Shown here: piece after piece, positions 1 to 7,877 of the stretch | How positions within the stretch are numbered: the first letter of the stretch is position 1 | How the letters are laid out: every line of letters begins with the position of its first letter | Assembly (NCBI GenBank): GCA_031431155.1 | Contig: JANPCW010000204.1 | Location: 2,461 to 66,460 of the forward strand | DNA from: Janthinobacterium sp. | GTDB lineage: Bacteria > Pseudomonadota > Gammaproteobacteria > Burkholderiales > Burkholderiaceae_D | Length of the DNA stretch: 64,000 nt | Reading direction: 5' to 3' | Translations under genes and position numbers: made by a program | Notes under the pieces: model-generated | Seen by the model: the letters and a program-made list of their open reading frames with translations, nothing else | Database searches by the model: none | Told to the model about the DNA's origin: nothing

Positions 1-94
1 TGTACCCAACGATGCCGCAGCGCGCGCATGGGAGCGCGGCAATCAGGCGGCGGTAGGGCTCGCTTCGGACGGCGTTCTCTTTTGGGAACCTCAC
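1..94 (-). CDS. partial CDS (5' end only, continues past window start); Cys-containing nuclease-like N-terminus
   Basis: GTG at 94 overlaps the upstream stop (GTGA). Hand translation VRFPKENAVRSEPYRRLIAALPCARCGIVGY stays open to position 1. It is absent from the ORF track because it is truncated. Confidence 0.35.
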   Translation of the reverse strand, partial: MRFPKENAVRSEPYRRLIAALPCARCGIVGY

Positions 95-270
95 GCCGGC
101 ACTTTCAACGCCGCGCGGACGCGATCCTCCAGGCCAATCCATTCCTCATGCTCTCGCGCCAGCTTGCGGGCTTGCTCGCGCCACGCTGGCACCTGCGCCG
201 GGTACTGCCGGCAAAGGGCGACGTAGTGCTGCACGATCTTCGTGGTTTCGGCGTCGAAGTCGAAGCTCAT
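91..270 (-). CDS. hypothetical small protein (59 aa)
   Basis: Hand translation gives MSFDFDAETTKIVQHYVALCRQYPAQVPAWREQARKLAREHEEWIGLEDRVRAALKVPA. Its ATG overlaps the upstream stop (ATGA at 267-270). It falls below the 60-aa cutoff of the track. Confidence 0.5.
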   Translation of the reverse strand: MSFDFDAETTKIVQHYVALCRQYPAQVPAWREQARKLAREHEEWIGLEDRVRAALKVPA

Positions 271-743
271 ACGCCCAATCCCGAGAAGGGCGATGAGTAA
301 TTGCGCCGGGCCTCGCCGCGCGCAATGCGATAGAGATAGCTCGTTGGCACGTTCAGCGCAGCCAACTCGCTGTCATCGCCGGTCGTGCGGAATCGGGCCA
401 CCACGTCATCCGTGATGCGCGATCCGGCCCTGCGCGCCTTTGCAATCGCAGCAGTGTGCGCCAAGCTCTTTGGCTTGCCGACAAATACTGCGCTGCGTGT
501 GCGCGCAACCAAGTGCTCCGGGTGAGTGCAGCCGAGCACACAACTCAGCCGGGCGCCGACAAACTTCTTTCCGGGGCTTCGCTCGTTTACCAGCGCAAAC
601 AAGTCCCTGCGCACCAAGCGTGTGCCGATCCCCGATGCGTAGTATTGCGGTTGTCCTTGGGGGTTGATGTACCCGGTCCACACCCAGCAGCCGTCTTCCT
701 CGCGGACCCGAGATTGCAGCCAATCAAGCGTGAGTGCCTTCAT
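267..743 (-). CDS. HNH-type endonuclease-like DNA-binding protein
   Basis: N-terminal GCWVWTGY...LSCVLGCTHPEHL resembles the HNH_3 'CWxWtG...C..CvnPeHL' pattern. The C-terminal part is HTH-like (VPTSYLYRIARGE). The catalytic residues look degenerate. Confidence 0.55.
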   Translation of the reverse strand: MKALTLDWLQSRVREEDGCWVWTGYINPQGQPQYYASGIGTRLVRRDLFALVNERSPGKKFVGARLSCVLGCTHPEHLVARTRSAVFVGKPKSLAHTAAIAKARRAGSRITDDVVARFRTTGDDSELAALNVPTSYLYRIARGEARRNYSSPFSGLGV

Positions 744-937
744 GCTTTTGGCCCCGGTAGCGTCGCCGCGTCAATCGCCCGCCGAATCCACTCACCCCCC
801 GACACAGGCTTATTTCCGGCCCACCGCGCCAGCAGGCCGAGTTTCTGGCGCTGCGTTTTAGTCATCTGGAGCGAATACTGCGTGTCCAGGTACTTGGCCT
901 TGGGCCGGAAACCAGGATCGTCGATTTTTCGAGTCAT
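740..937 (-). CDS. hypothetical small protein
   Basis: ORF track entry with 4-nt overlaps to both neighbours, which suggests translational coupling. Confidence 0.5.
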   Translation of the reverse strand: MTRKIDDPGFRPKAKYLDTQYSLQMTKTQRQKLGLLARWAGNKPVSGGEWIRRAIDAATLPGPKA

Positions 938-1467
938 CCAAATACCTCTCCAGTTTCAGGGTCAATGTCGTGTCCGTCCCAAGTTTGCCAGTTCGGGACC
1001 GGGAACTCCACACCAAGGTCATTGATGGCGAAGGCTTGAAGCTGATCGAGGTACTTGGACATATCTCTCACGCCCAGGTCGGCCACACTCTTGAGTTTTC
1101 GCACGGTGCGCTTTTTTCGTTGGCCTGCAATCGTGATGATTTTGATGTCGTAGCCAAGGAACTGGCGCTTCATGGCCTCGTGCCACGCCTCGGCGGTCCA
1201 TTGTCCGCCAAGAGCCTGTCGCGCGATCACGCGCAGGCAAGGCCCAAAATAGAACCTCAGTTGCTTCAAGGTCTTGCTGTCCTCGAACTCCCCGGCCACC
1301 ACCACCACCTTCTTGCCGTCGGTGAGCATCTTCTTGCAGTAGGGCCAGATGCGGGTCTTGAACTCGACGTGCCCGTGCTCCTGGTTCTCCAGCAGGACGG
1401 TGAGGCCGGGCTTGACGTTGAGTTTCACACCCACCACGCCTTGATCCACTCCACAAAGCGCAGCCAC
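934..1467 (-). CDS. NinB/Orf-like recombination mediator (tentative)
   Basis: The segment LKQLRFYFGPCLRVIARQ..WTAEAWHEAMKRQFLG weakly resembles the NinB core by eye. A GTG at 1428 overlapping the upstream stop (GTGA) is a more likely start than 1467. Confidence 0.4.
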   Translation of the reverse strand: MAALCGVDQGVVGVKLNVKPGLTVLLENQEHGHVEFKTRIWPYCKKMLTDGKKVVVVAGEFEDSKTLKQLRFYFGPCLRVIARQALGGQWTAEAWHEAMKRQFLGYDIKIITIAGQRKKRTVRKLKSVADLGVRDMSKYLDQLQAFAINDLGVEFPVPNWQTWDGHDIDPETGEVFG

Positions 1468-1679
1468 AATGACCCGTGCTTGCGCACAAACTCGAAGCGC
1501 GCCACATAGCGGTCCTCAACCAACTCGATCACGCCTCGCTGCACCAAGCGCAGCGCAGCGGCGCGACGTTGCGGGATCGAATCAATCCAGGCCGGGTAAG
1601 CGGTGTCGTTCTCCACATGGGCAAGCACTTCTTGCTCGCGGCCGACGCGGGTGCGGAAGTCGGGCGGGGCAACGATCAT
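1425..1679 (-). CDS. hypothetical protein
   Basis: ORF track entry lying in an operon of overlapping genes. Confidence 0.5.
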   Translation of the reverse strand: MIVAPPDFRTRVGREQEVLAHVENDTAYPAWIDSIPQRRAAALRLVQRGVIELVEDRYVARFEFVRKHGSLWLRFVEWIKAWWV

Positions 1680-2020
1680 TTCGGCATCCTCTGCAAAATC
1701 AGGTTCCTGGTCATCAGCACGGCGGCCCCGCTCTTGATGTCTTCCTCGGTGAAGCGCAAGACGCTCCAGCCAAGAATGACCGCCGCGTTGTACTTGGTGC
1801 AGTCGTCAATGAAGCCCTGCGGCTGTTGATGCCGCCCTTTGGTCCAGACGCCGCCCTCACACTCCACCGCGATCTTGAACTCAGGCCAAGCGAAGTCAAA
1901 GCGCCACTTGCGCAACAGGTCGAACTTGAACTCGCGCATCGGCTCGGGCAGCTTGTGCGCCTTGACGTGCAGAGCGAACGCTTCTTCGAGGGCGCTGGGG
2001 GGCTTGGGGATTTTGGTCAT
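1676..2020 (-). CDS. DUF559/Vsr-like endonuclease-fold protein
   Basis: FDFAWPEFKIAVECEGGVW...GWSVLRFTEEDI matches the very-short-patch-repair/DUF559 restriction-endonuclease-like signature. Confidence 0.65.
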   Translation of the reverse strand: MTKIPKPPSALEEAFALHVKAHKLPEPMREFKFDLLRKWRFDFAWPEFKIAVECEGGVWTKGRHQQPQGFIDDCTKYNAAVILGWSVLRFTEEDIKSGAAVLMTRNLILQRMPK

Positions 2021-2418
2021 GCTGGCACCGCGATCCGATTCGCCACCCAGGTCCGCATGCGCGACCAGCGGCTCTCCTGGGTTTCATGGCCCCAGGAACC
2101 TTCGTCGTTCTCGTACACGATTTCAGCGGCCAGCGCGCGCGCCACGCCGAACAGTTTGCTGACGGCCTGGGCGTCTTCAATGTCCACCCCGGTCATGGGC
2201 AACCCACGCTTCTCTCCAAGCACACCAAGAGCGCAATACCCGCCCTCATGGACCAGTTCGTCCGCGATCAGTCTTTTCACCGGCATCGCGTCCAGGGCCT
2301 CAATCAGTTCGCGCAGCATGGCCTGCCCGCGCTGACCTCGGATGGCCGACTTCACGGCGCCACGCCACATGATGAGTTGCCAGCCATCGCAATCGTCGGA
2401 GTAGTTGCTGCGGCTCAT
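2017..2418 (-). CDS. hypothetical protein
   Basis: ORF track entry with an ATGA overlap to the downstream gene. Confidence 0.55.
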   Translation of the reverse strand: MSRSNYSDDCDGWQLIMWRGAVKSAIRGQRGQAMLRELIEALDAMPVKRLIADELVHEGGYCALGVLGEKRGLPMTGVDIEDAQAVSKLFGVARALAAEIVYENDEGSWGHETQESRWSRMRTWVANRIAVPA

Positions 2419-2570
2419 AGGTCGCGCTCAAAGAAAAACACAAACCCGAGGATTGTGAAAATCCATGTTTCGTACCATCCGCCAGCATCTTGGCGGCAAA
2501 AGTGCAGGATGTTCTTCGGCCTCCAGCAATGATGCCATTGGTCACGATTCCACAAGTTGACGCTCGACAT
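2415..2570 (-). CDS. hypothetical small Trp/Cys-rich protein with a hydrophobic C-terminus (51 aa)
   Basis: Hand translation gives MSSVNLWNRDQWHHCWRPKNILHFCRQDAGGWYETWIFTILGFVFFFERDL. Its stop overlaps the ATG at 2418 (ATGA). I see no clear SD sequence. Confidence 0.3.
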   Translation of the reverse strand: MSSVNLWNRDQWHHCWRPKNILHFCRQDAGGWYETWIFTILGFVFFFERDL

Positions 2571-2584
2571 GAATTTCAGTGGTT

Positions 2585-2914
2585 TCATTGGTTCACCTTC
2601 TTGACTGCGCCAGCCACCATGCGGGCGATGGATTGATTGATTTGCACCGCATAAGCGGCCTTTTCTCTCTGCCGGATGGCTTCAAGATCATGGCCGTCAC
2701 GTTTGATTTTGGGGTACACCGTGAGCCAGCCGTTGATGGCTGCTGTCCCCAATGCTTCGTTCATGTCCCAGCCCTCGGCGTGCATCTTGGTGATGCGGCC
2801 AATCATCAAGGCCTGGGCCTTGGGCGTGAACGGGTGTTGCTTTTTTGTGGCCTCTCGGCGTTCGAGAAAGGCAGCCCAAATTTCAGGGTCGATGAAAGCC
2901 GGGAGTTCAGTCAT
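2585..2914 (-). CDS. hypothetical protein
   Basis: This is the ORF 2585-2968 with the start moved to MTELPAF. That start overlaps the upstream stop by 8 nt. Confidence 0.55.
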   Translation of the reverse strand: MTELPAFIDPEIWAAFLERREATKKQHPFTPKAQALMIGRITKMHAEGWDMNEALGTAAINGWLTVYPKIKRDGHDLEAIRQREKAAYAVQINQSIARMVAGAVKKVNQ

Positions 2915-3122
2915 CGAAGTGAACCCCGTTTTGCCGCGCAACATTGATGCAGTTCTGGCAGACCTCATGCCCTAGAGTCTTGTCGGCCACGATGTACTTT
3001 TTCTTAGCCATGCCGCCAGTCGAATACATCCGACACCAGGAATCACCATCAACACCTGTTGGGCTTTCAATCCAAAGGTGAGCCCTCTTTTTGTTTTGCA
3101 TCCTTGGTACAAGGTATTTCAT
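2907..3122 (-). CDS. hypothetical small Cys-containing protein
   Basis: Start placed at MKYLVP, preceded by a GGAG 6 nt upstream. The longer ORF-track start at 3176 has no such support. Confidence 0.5.
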   Translation of the reverse strand: MKYLVPRMQNKKRAHLWIESPTGVDGDSWCRMYSTGGMAKKKYIVADKTLGHEVCQNCINVARQNGVHFDD

Positions 3123-3573
3123 TGTTTGCTCCAAGATTTCGAGCGGTTCGATGGCGAAGCCCCCCCTACCCCCCAAGCAAAGGAAGTAGTGAAGGCGTCA
3201 ATGTTGCTCCTGAGTTTCAGAGTCGGACATAGACGACCCGCGACCGGCTTTGCAGCCACCCTTTCGGGCTTCCATCTGTCTCGCGGGTAAGCCCCGACAG
3301 TTCCGCACATGGATTGCATGGTTGCCTTTCGGCAGCGGTGTCGAGGAAAGAAAAAACCCCCAAGGGTTCCGGCTTTCCTGCTGGCACAGTACCCACTGAA
3401 GGGCTTGAAAGCCGAAGCCGTTGGGGGCTTCGAGTCGTGTGCCAGCATCGACGGAACGGATGTTAGCACATCACCATGGCAGGCCGCAAGTACCCTTTGA
3501 ACTGCGCCCCGCCGGCCCTGACCGACCGACCCCTTGCGGGTTGGGGCGCAGATCAAAAAAGTCTGGCGCCGCG
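3123..3573 (-). promoter_or_regulatory. about 450-bp non-coding, highly structured region carrying a conserved 21-nt box
   Basis: No credible ORF is present. It contains a 9-bp inverted repeat (3380-3388/3438-3446) and several GNRA-type hairpins (minus-sense CCCGAAAGGG and GCCGAAAGGC). The box GACGGAACGGATGTTAGCACA at 3450-3470 recurs at 52680-52700. Confidence 0.4.
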
Positions 3574-3588
3574 TCACGCGATGCACCA
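3555..3588 (-). terminator. candidate intrinsic terminator after CDS 3574-3912
   Basis: On the minus sense, the arms TGGTGC and GCGCCA form a stem that includes one G-U pair. GAC and a TTTTTT tract follow it. Confidence 0.3.
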
Positions 3589-3912
3589 CACCTTGACCGG
3601 ATGTGCATGCGTCTTGACTGACGCCGCTGGCCTATAAACCGGCGACCCGTCTGGATGCATCGTTTGGCGTATCAGGCCATCCTTGGCCGCCAACAATGAC
3701 AGCGGCCCCCAAGCCTTGTGCGATGCCGGCTGCGTCTTTGCGACGGCGCGAAACTGCTCCATCGTCATCGTGGAGTGCCCTTGCGATTTTCGGATCAGCA
3801 ACCATGCTCGAAGCTCATTCACGACCTCATGGCGCCATTCTGGAGCAAACTCGATGGCAAGCTGCATCCCGCGTTCTTTAGCCTCGCGGCCTGCCGTTGC
3901 GTCTAGCGTCAT
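3574..3912 (-). CDS. hypothetical protein
   Basis: This is the ORF 3574-3990 with the start at MTLDATAG. That start overlaps the stop of the HTH gene (ATGA at 3909-3912). Confidence 0.55.
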   Translation of the reverse strand: MTLDATAGREAKERGMQLAIEFAPEWRHEVVNELRAWLLIRKSQGHSTMTMEQFRAVAKTQPASHKAWGPLSLLAAKDGLIRQTMHPDGSPVYRPAASVKTHAHPVKVWCIA

Positions 3913-4097
3913 TCCAGCACCTTCTTGACCGCCAGCAGAGTCTCCAGGCCGGGGTTTGCGACGTGCCCGTTCATAAATTTGCTGATCCACGAATAGGACA
4001 CGCCAGACGCATTTGCGACCCTTACCCAGTCGCCTTTGGAGCGCTTGAGCAGCGCCTTGACCGCCTTGTCGAGTCGAACGGGCTTGCTTGGGGTCAT
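3909..4097 (-). CDS. Cro/CI-type helix-turn-helix transcriptional regulator
   Basis: It is a 62-aa protein with an HTH-like segment VANASGVSYSWISKFMNGH. It is the first gene of a leftward operon at a divergent promoter region. Confidence 0.65.
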   Translation of the reverse strand: MTPSKPVRLDKAVKALLKRSKGDWVRVANASGVSYSWISKFMNGHVANPGLETLLAVKKVLE

Positions 4098-4127
4098 GGT
4101 GTTGCCTTGGTGGATGCCATAAACCGG

Positions 4128-4156
4128 ATGCTAAACCACGGAAAAGGATTCGTCAA
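4128..4156 (-). promoter_or_regulatory. candidate sigma70-type promoter (leftward)
   Basis: On the minus sense there is TTGACG (4156-4151), a 17-nt spacer and TAGCAT (4133-4128). Confidence 0.35.
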
Positions 4157-4182
4157 GGCCCATCGTGCCATCAATGTTTTGC

Positions 4183-4211
4183 TTGACACCGGAAAATAAT
4201 GCGCGTATTCT
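4183..4211 (+). promoter_or_regulatory. candidate sigma70-type promoter (rightward)
   Basis: TTGACA (4183-4188), a 17-nt spacer and TATTCT (4206-4211). The ATG at 4219 lies about where transcription would start. Confidence 0.4.
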
Positions 4212-4218
4212 CGCGCCC

Positions 4219-4386
4219 ATGTCCTGGCTCTACTCCATCTGGTTCGATGTCTTTGGCCGATTCTGGTTGCATCTGCAACTGGCGTACTACGAGACGGCCT
4301 TGGAGCAGGTCGATCCCCTGTCTGATGATGTCCCGTACATCGTCGGGCGCCTCTCTGAAATCCACGATCAACTCAACAAGGAATGA
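4219..4386 (+). CDS. hypothetical small protein (55 aa), possibly leaderless
   Basis: MSWLYSIWFDVFGRFW.... Its stop overlaps the next ATG (ATGA at 4383-4386). The longer start at 4165 would lie upstream of the predicted promoter. Confidence 0.45.
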   Translation: MSWLYSIWFDVFGRFWLHLQLAYYETALEQVDPLSDDVPYIVGRLSEIHDQLNKE

Positions 4387-4694
4387 CCATGCCCCTGCCA
4401 GCCCCTCCCGCACAGTTCTCCGACAAGCCGCGCCCACCCATCACAATGGACCCGGTTGAATCCAGTCAGATCGCAGCCATCGGCTATGACCCGGCCACCA
4501 AGACCCTGGCCGTGCAGTTCAAGCATGGCGCCGGGGCGATCTACCACTACCCCAACTTCGAGCCGGAAACATTCGAGGCCCTGCGCGCCGCCGAGTCGCC
4601 CGGCAAGTTCTTCGGGCAGCACATCAAGGGGCTGCCGTTTGAGAAGTACGCGCCCGAGCCCAAGGCGGACGAACCCAAGACCAGCCTCGAATAA
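4383..4694 (+). CDS. KTSC domain protein
   Basis: VESSQIAAIGYDPATKTLAVQFKHGAGAIYHYPNFEPETFEAL matches the KTSC domain pattern. Confidence 0.75.
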   Translation: MTMPLPAPPAQFSDKPRPPITMDPVESSQIAAIGYDPATKTLAVQFKHGAGAIYHYPNFEPETFEALRAAESPGKFFGQHIKGLPFEKYAPEPKADEPKTSLE

Positions 4695-4710
4695 CTACCA
4701 AGGAAATCTC

Positions 4711-5856
4711 ATGGACGAAACCAGCACCGAATTGATGAACGCCGATTCCGGCACCGTCGCGCTTCTGAACCGCTCAGAAATCGACATGCAAATTGCCACC
4801 GCGCACAAGTACCCGCGCAGCGTGGCGCAGTTCCGCAAAAACGTGTTCAACATGGTCGCCCTGTCCGAACAGGTTGCAGCCGAGTGCATTTATGCCGTCC
4901 CTAGGGATGGCAAGATGATTGAGGGGCCGTCGGCGCGCTTTGCCGAAGTCGTTGCCTCTGCCTGGGGCAACAGCCGGGCCGGCGCGCGCGTGGTCAGCGA
5001 CGTGGGTGAGTTCGTCACGGCGCAAGGCGTGTTCCATGACCTGGAGCAGAACGTCGCCATCACATATGAAGTGCAGCGGCGCATCATCAACAAGTCGGGT
5101 AAGCGATTCAGCGCCGACATGATCGGCGTCACCGCCAACGCAGCTTGCTCGATTGCGCTGCGCAACGCCATCCTCAAGGGCATCCCCAAGGCCTACTGGG
5201 TCGAAATGTACGACGGCGCCCGCAAGATGGCGCTGGGCGACAGCAAGACTCTCCCAACCCGCCGGGCCGACGTGTTGGCCGATTTGCTGCGCATGGGCGT
5301 GTCGCCGGAAATGGTCTATGCCAAGCTGGGCATTGTCGGCAAGGAAGACCTGGGCCTGGAGCAGTTGGGCCTGCTCAAGTTCACCATGACCGCCATCAAG
5401 GACGGCGACACCACCGCCGAGCAGGCGTTCGCGCCAGACGATGCGACCACCGGCAAGCCCGCCGTCAAAATGCCAACCGCCAAGCCGACCGCAGTGGCGG
5501 AAGATCGCGCGACCATCGTGGATCAGGCCACGGGCGAAATCACAAGCCAGCACAGCGCCCCGGTCAGCGCATCGGCAATGGTGAAGGTGAATCTGCCTTC
5601 ATCCGACGGAGAAAACCCGCCCTGGGAAATAGCGAAAGCCGCCATGGCGTCGCCCGGCGAACAAAGCCGCCCAGCGGGCAATGCCGCGCTCGCGTCCGAG
5701 GGCGAGCGCAAATTCATCATCAACCGCGCTCGCAGCAACGGCGCCGAAATGGCGCAGTTGATGATTGAGGCTGGCATCAGCGGGCTCCCGGCGGACTTGA
5801 AGGGCTTGACCACGGATGGATTCAATGCGCTCAAGGATGCGCTGGGGACGCATTGA
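4711..5856 (+). CDS. putative single-strand annealing / recombination protein (family uncertain)
   Basis: Start taken at MDETSTEL. The 85-codon upstream extension in the ORF track overlaps the KTSC gene and looks like noise. The function is inferred only from the position next to a PD-(D/E)XK exonuclease gene and a conserved-looking N-terminal domain (ECIYAVPRDGKMIEGPSARFAEVVASAWGN). Confidence 0.45.
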   Translation: MDETSTELMNADSGTVALLNRSEIDMQIATAHKYPRSVAQFRKNVFNMVALSEQVAAECIYAVPRDGKMIEGPSARFAEVVASAWGNSRAGARVVSDVGEFVTAQGVFHDLEQNVAITYEVQRRIINKSGKRFSADMIGVTANAACSIALRNAILKGIPKAYWVEMYDGARKMALGDSKTLPTRRADVLADLLRMGVSPEMVYAKLGIVGKEDLGLEQLGLLKFTMTAIKDGDTTAEQAFAPDDATTGKPAVKMPTAKPTAVAEDRATIVDQATGEITSQHSAPVSASAMVKVNLPSSDGENPPWEIAKAAMASPGEQSRPAGNAALASEGERKFIINRARSNGAEMAQLMIEAGISGLPADLKGLTTDGFNALKDALGTH

Positions 5857-6125
5857 TGCTTACCGCCCATCAGTACGTCAACAACTTCGTCTCCGAGGAA
5901 GTTCTGCTTCCGCTTGGTGACGATGGTGAGGCCGTTCCCGTTCGTGTTGTACGCAACATGGACTCGAACGGGATGGGGGAAATCGTCTTGTCGATCAACA
6001 GGCGGACGGTTTTCCAGTTCCCCGTCGGCAAGGACACAAGCGACGAATCCGTCCAGGCCATGCAGACGCTTGCCCGCATGATCGGCGACGTGGCCGGCGT
6101 CAATATGGACATCAAGACGTGCTGA
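5853..6125 (+). CDS. hypothetical protein
   Basis: ORF track entry that overlaps both of its neighbours. Confidence 0.6.
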   Translation: MMLTAHQYVNNFVSEEVLLPLGDDGEAVPVRVVRNMDSNGMGEIVLSINRRTVFQFPVGKDTSDESVQAMQTLARMIGDVAGVNMDIKTC

Positions 6126-6727
6126 CCTTCGATGACGGCCCGCACGAATACCGCTGGAACGGCGCAGTCGTGCCCAGCGTCACGCAGATTCTCAAGCCCC
6201 TGATGTCCGGGTTGCAGTTCGTGGACCCGGAAGTCCTGGAGGCGGCGTCGGCGTTCGGGACTGCGGTTCACAAAGCCTGTGAACTTTCAGACCTGGGCAC
6301 GCTGGACGAGGCCGATCTGGACCCGGCGCTGGCGCCGTATCTGGAGGGGTGGAAGAAGTTTCAGCGCGAACGTCGTTGCAAGTGGCGCAACATCGAAGTG
6401 CCTAAGTTCCACAAGCAGTTTCGGTACGCTGGCACGCCGGATCGGCACGGCACCGTTGACGAATGGGAATCTGTCGTGGACATCAAAAGCGGCACGGCCC
6501 TGTTCCAGTCGGTGGGGCCGCAGCTTGCCGCCTATGAGCGCATCTGCGCCGATCCAGAACTCAAGGGGATGTTCACCATGCGCCGCATCGCCATCCTTCT
6601 CAAGCCCGATGGCACTTACCGGATGGAGGAATACAAAGACCCCTCCGACTGGTCCGTTTTCATGTCGCTCATCACCCTGCGCGGGTGGTGCGCGAAGCAT
6701 TCCGTCACCCCGAACTTCAAGGATTGA
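6119..6727 (+). CDS. PD-(D/E)XK (Cas4/RecB-like) exonuclease
   Basis: It has HEY..PSVTQIL at the N-terminus, GTAVH, and the core RYAGTPD...VVDIKSG...QLAAY typical of phage RecB-family exonucleases. Confidence 0.7.
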   Translation: MLTFDDGPHEYRWNGAVVPSVTQILKPLMSGLQFVDPEVLEAASAFGTAVHKACELSDLGTLDEADLDPALAPYLEGWKKFQRERRCKWRNIEVPKFHKQFRYAGTPDRHGTVDEWESVVDIKSGTALFQSVGPQLAAYERICADPELKGMFTMRRIAILLKPDGTYRMEEYKDPSDWSVFMSLITLRGWCAKHSVTPNFKD

Positions 6728-6729
6728 GC

Positions 6730-7014
6730 ATGGCAAAGATCGACCCGGATGCACCACTCAAGCTGACGCCGCGATCATTCGACCCGGTGACGAGCAGAAC
6801 GATGGTTGGCGACGAGCGCGCCCGTGTCATCGAAGCAAAGGCCCGAGCCGATGCAGAGAAGGGACAGGAAGGATTCGACCCGCCAGCGCCGCGCTACTCC
6901 GCCGACACCTATATGGGCAGGGTGAGCAATTCTTTTGAGAGCAACGTGTACTTCGACCAATTCAAGAGGCGCCTTGAGCGCATCCAACGCATAGCAGAAA
7001 AGGAAACCACATGA
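6730..7014 (+). CDS. hypothetical protein
   Basis: Start at MAKIDPD, 3 nt after the upstream stop. Confidence 0.6.
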   Translation: MAKIDPDAPLKLTPRSFDPVTSRTMVGDERARVIEAKARADAEKGQEGFDPPAPRYSADTYMGRVSNSFESNVYFDQFKRRLERIQRIAEKETT

Positions 7015-7856
7015 TCGACTCAGCAGAAACCATCGTCACCAAGGGCCAAGTGGCCTATGACGCCGCCAGCGCCATTGTCCTGGGGCAGCAGGCACGGCGC
7101 ATGCTCGCCATGTCATCCGACTACATCATCGACTCCGACTCGCTGATGACAGCCGCAGGGGACGACCTTCGCAACATCAAGACCTTGCAAAAGCAGGTCG
7201 AGGAGCAGCGCACGGCCATCGCCGGGCCGCTCAACACCGCCGTCAAAGCGGTCAACGACCTGTTCCGCCCGGCCAAAGACTGGCTGGAGAAGGCCGAAGC
7301 CCAGATCAAGAGCGCCATGCACATTCGCATCGAGTACGTCGAGAAGACGGCGCGCGAGGAAGCGGCCAGGGCGGCAGAGCGTGAGCGGGTCGAGCGTGAG
7401 CGCATCGCCGCCGAGCAGCGCGAGCAGGAACGTCTCGCGCGCGAGGCCCAGGAAGCAGTGGCGGCAGCCCAGCGCGAGGTTGATGCCGCAGCGGCGCGCG
7501 GCGACGAGCAGGCAAGGCTTGCGGCGGAACAGCAGGCGCGCGAGGCCGAAGCCCAGGCCGAGGCCGCCAGCCAGAACGCAGCAGCAGCAGCCGTCCAGGC
7601 CGAAGTCATCAGCCTGCCCAGCGCCGCGCCAGCGCCGCTCAAGGTGGCCGGGGTGTCATCGTCCAAGACGCTGGACTATGAGGTCACGGACTTGCTGGCG
7701 ATCATCAAGCACGTCGCCGTCCACCCCGAGTTGGTCAACCTGTTGGTGGCTGACTCGGTGAAGCTGCGCGCCTACGTCCGCCTCGTCGGCGAGGCCAACA
7801 AAATCCCCGGCCTGCGCGTGTTCGAGAAGCGCAGCATGTCGGCTCGTAGCAAGTAA
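7011..7856 (+). CDS. hypothetical coiled-coil protein
   Basis: The central region is E/R/A-rich (AERERVERERIAAEQREQERLAREAQEA) and is flanked by globular ends. Confidence 0.6.
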   Translation: MIDSAETIVTKGQVAYDAASAIVLGQQARRMLAMSSDYIIDSDSLMTAAGDDLRNIKTLQKQVEEQRTAIAGPLNTAVKAVNDLFRPAKDWLEKAEAQIKSAMHIRIEYVEKTAREEAARAAERERVERERIAAEQREQERLAREAQEAVAAAQREVDAAAARGDEQARLAAEQQAREAEAQAEAASQNAAAAAVQAEVISLPSAAPAPLKVAGVSSSKTLDYEVTDLLAIIKHVAVHPELVNLLVADSVKLRAYVRLVGEANKIPGLRVFEKRSMSARSK

Positions 7857-7877
7857 CCAACCCACCAGGAGCTAGTC

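Noticed and set aside
28-300. 90-aa plus-strand ORF at the window start
   Set aside because: It is antisense to two translationally coupled minus-strand genes (1-94 and 91-270) and reads as Arg/Gly-rich noise.
3380-3400. Sigma54-type promoter suggested by minus-sense CTGGCACACGAC
   Set aside because: The -12 element (TTGCA) is absent. The TGGCACA is one arm of a 9-bp inverted repeat.
3119-3589. 156-aa minus-strand ORF spanning the structured gap, and likewise 52261-52794 in the other gap
   Set aside because: The translations are Arg/Gly/Cys/Pro-rich without any domain pattern. The 52261 ORF runs through the terL stop in another frame. RNA structure explains these regions better.
4456-4710. 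The 85-codon N-terminal extension of ORF 4456-5856
   Set aside because: It overlaps the well-supported KTSC gene in another frame and reads as Pro/Ser/Arg-rich noise. The ATG at 4711 follows the KTSC stop by 16 nt.
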